Shown here in pieces: positions 63,639-64,000 of a stretch of DNA of 64,000 nt (positions are counted from its first letter, which is position 1; every line of letters starts with the position of its first letter). The position numbers and the translations under genes are program-made. The stretch covers positions 372,001 through 436,000 of the forward strand of contig NC_135823.1 in NCBI RefSeq assembly GCF_964213995.1, given 5' to 3'. The stretch is from Mustelus asterias. Lineage: Eukaryota. The notes under the pieces were generated by a model. The model searched no databases. It was not told the origin of the DNA and saw nothing but the letters and a program-made list of their open reading frames with translations.

Positions 63639-63977
63639 CTGTAATGAGCAATGTGGAGTCGCTTCCAAACATAGAAGACATCCCACTGAACTGCTCAGCT
63701 GCACAGCAATACAGCCCCGAGTCATTGGCCCGGATTACAGCGATGGCTTGGGAATAGAGAGTCAATTTGTCATTACCGTCTCCTGAAAATCTCCCGTTTG
63801 AAGGGTTGCTTTTTGTCACGGTGTAAACAAGCTGTAGATGCTCACGTTGGCGCCGTTTATACTAACGGACAACTCCCCCTGCCAATCAGCCCGTGTGACA
63901 ATGCACCTTGTAGGTGCATCCAAGCGACAGAGTCTGGATCGCCAGGGTCTGGGACAAAACTGCCTGAGATACAATAC
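63639..63977 (-). pseudogene. VJ exon of paralogous VJ-C1 pseudogene B
   Basis: ctctctcAG acceptor and a 339-nt exon colinear without gaps with gene A VJ (41/113 aa identical by hand). In-frame TGA (63888-63886) and TAG replacing the conserved Trp (63864-63862). Shows DSGLYCC and FGSDSTLLIT; donor mutated to GA. The leader lies outside the window. Confidence 0.9.
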
Positions 63978-64000
63978 CTGAGAGAGACAAGGTTATCACT

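Overview
Repeat-dense vertebrate DNA, almost certainly elasmobranch (shark). It carries HE1/V-SINE-type tRNA SINEs, CR1 and Rex1/Babar LINE fragments, Penelope-like elements with hammerhead-type cores, solo LTRs, microsatellites and five N-runs. Between the repeats is a cluster of antigen-receptor-like IgSF genes with no sign of rearrangement: leader, one germline-joined VJ exon (YYC...FGxG, no RSS), a very short intron, then a C1-set exon. One copy looks intact where visible (minus strand: leader 29511-29553, VJ 27072-27410, C1 from 26972 into an N-gap, candidate last exon TLYARL at 24999-25043). A second is a clear pseudogene (63254-63977). Reading across frameshifts and repeat insertions suggests about four further, heavily decayed relics on both strands, plus orphan hinge, TM and tail exons. 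The overall picture is a birth-and-death cluster of VJ-C1 (PRARP/VJC1-like) receptors. Relic calls are by-eye motif matches and need profile-HMM or tBLASTn confirmation; repeat boundaries are approximate.
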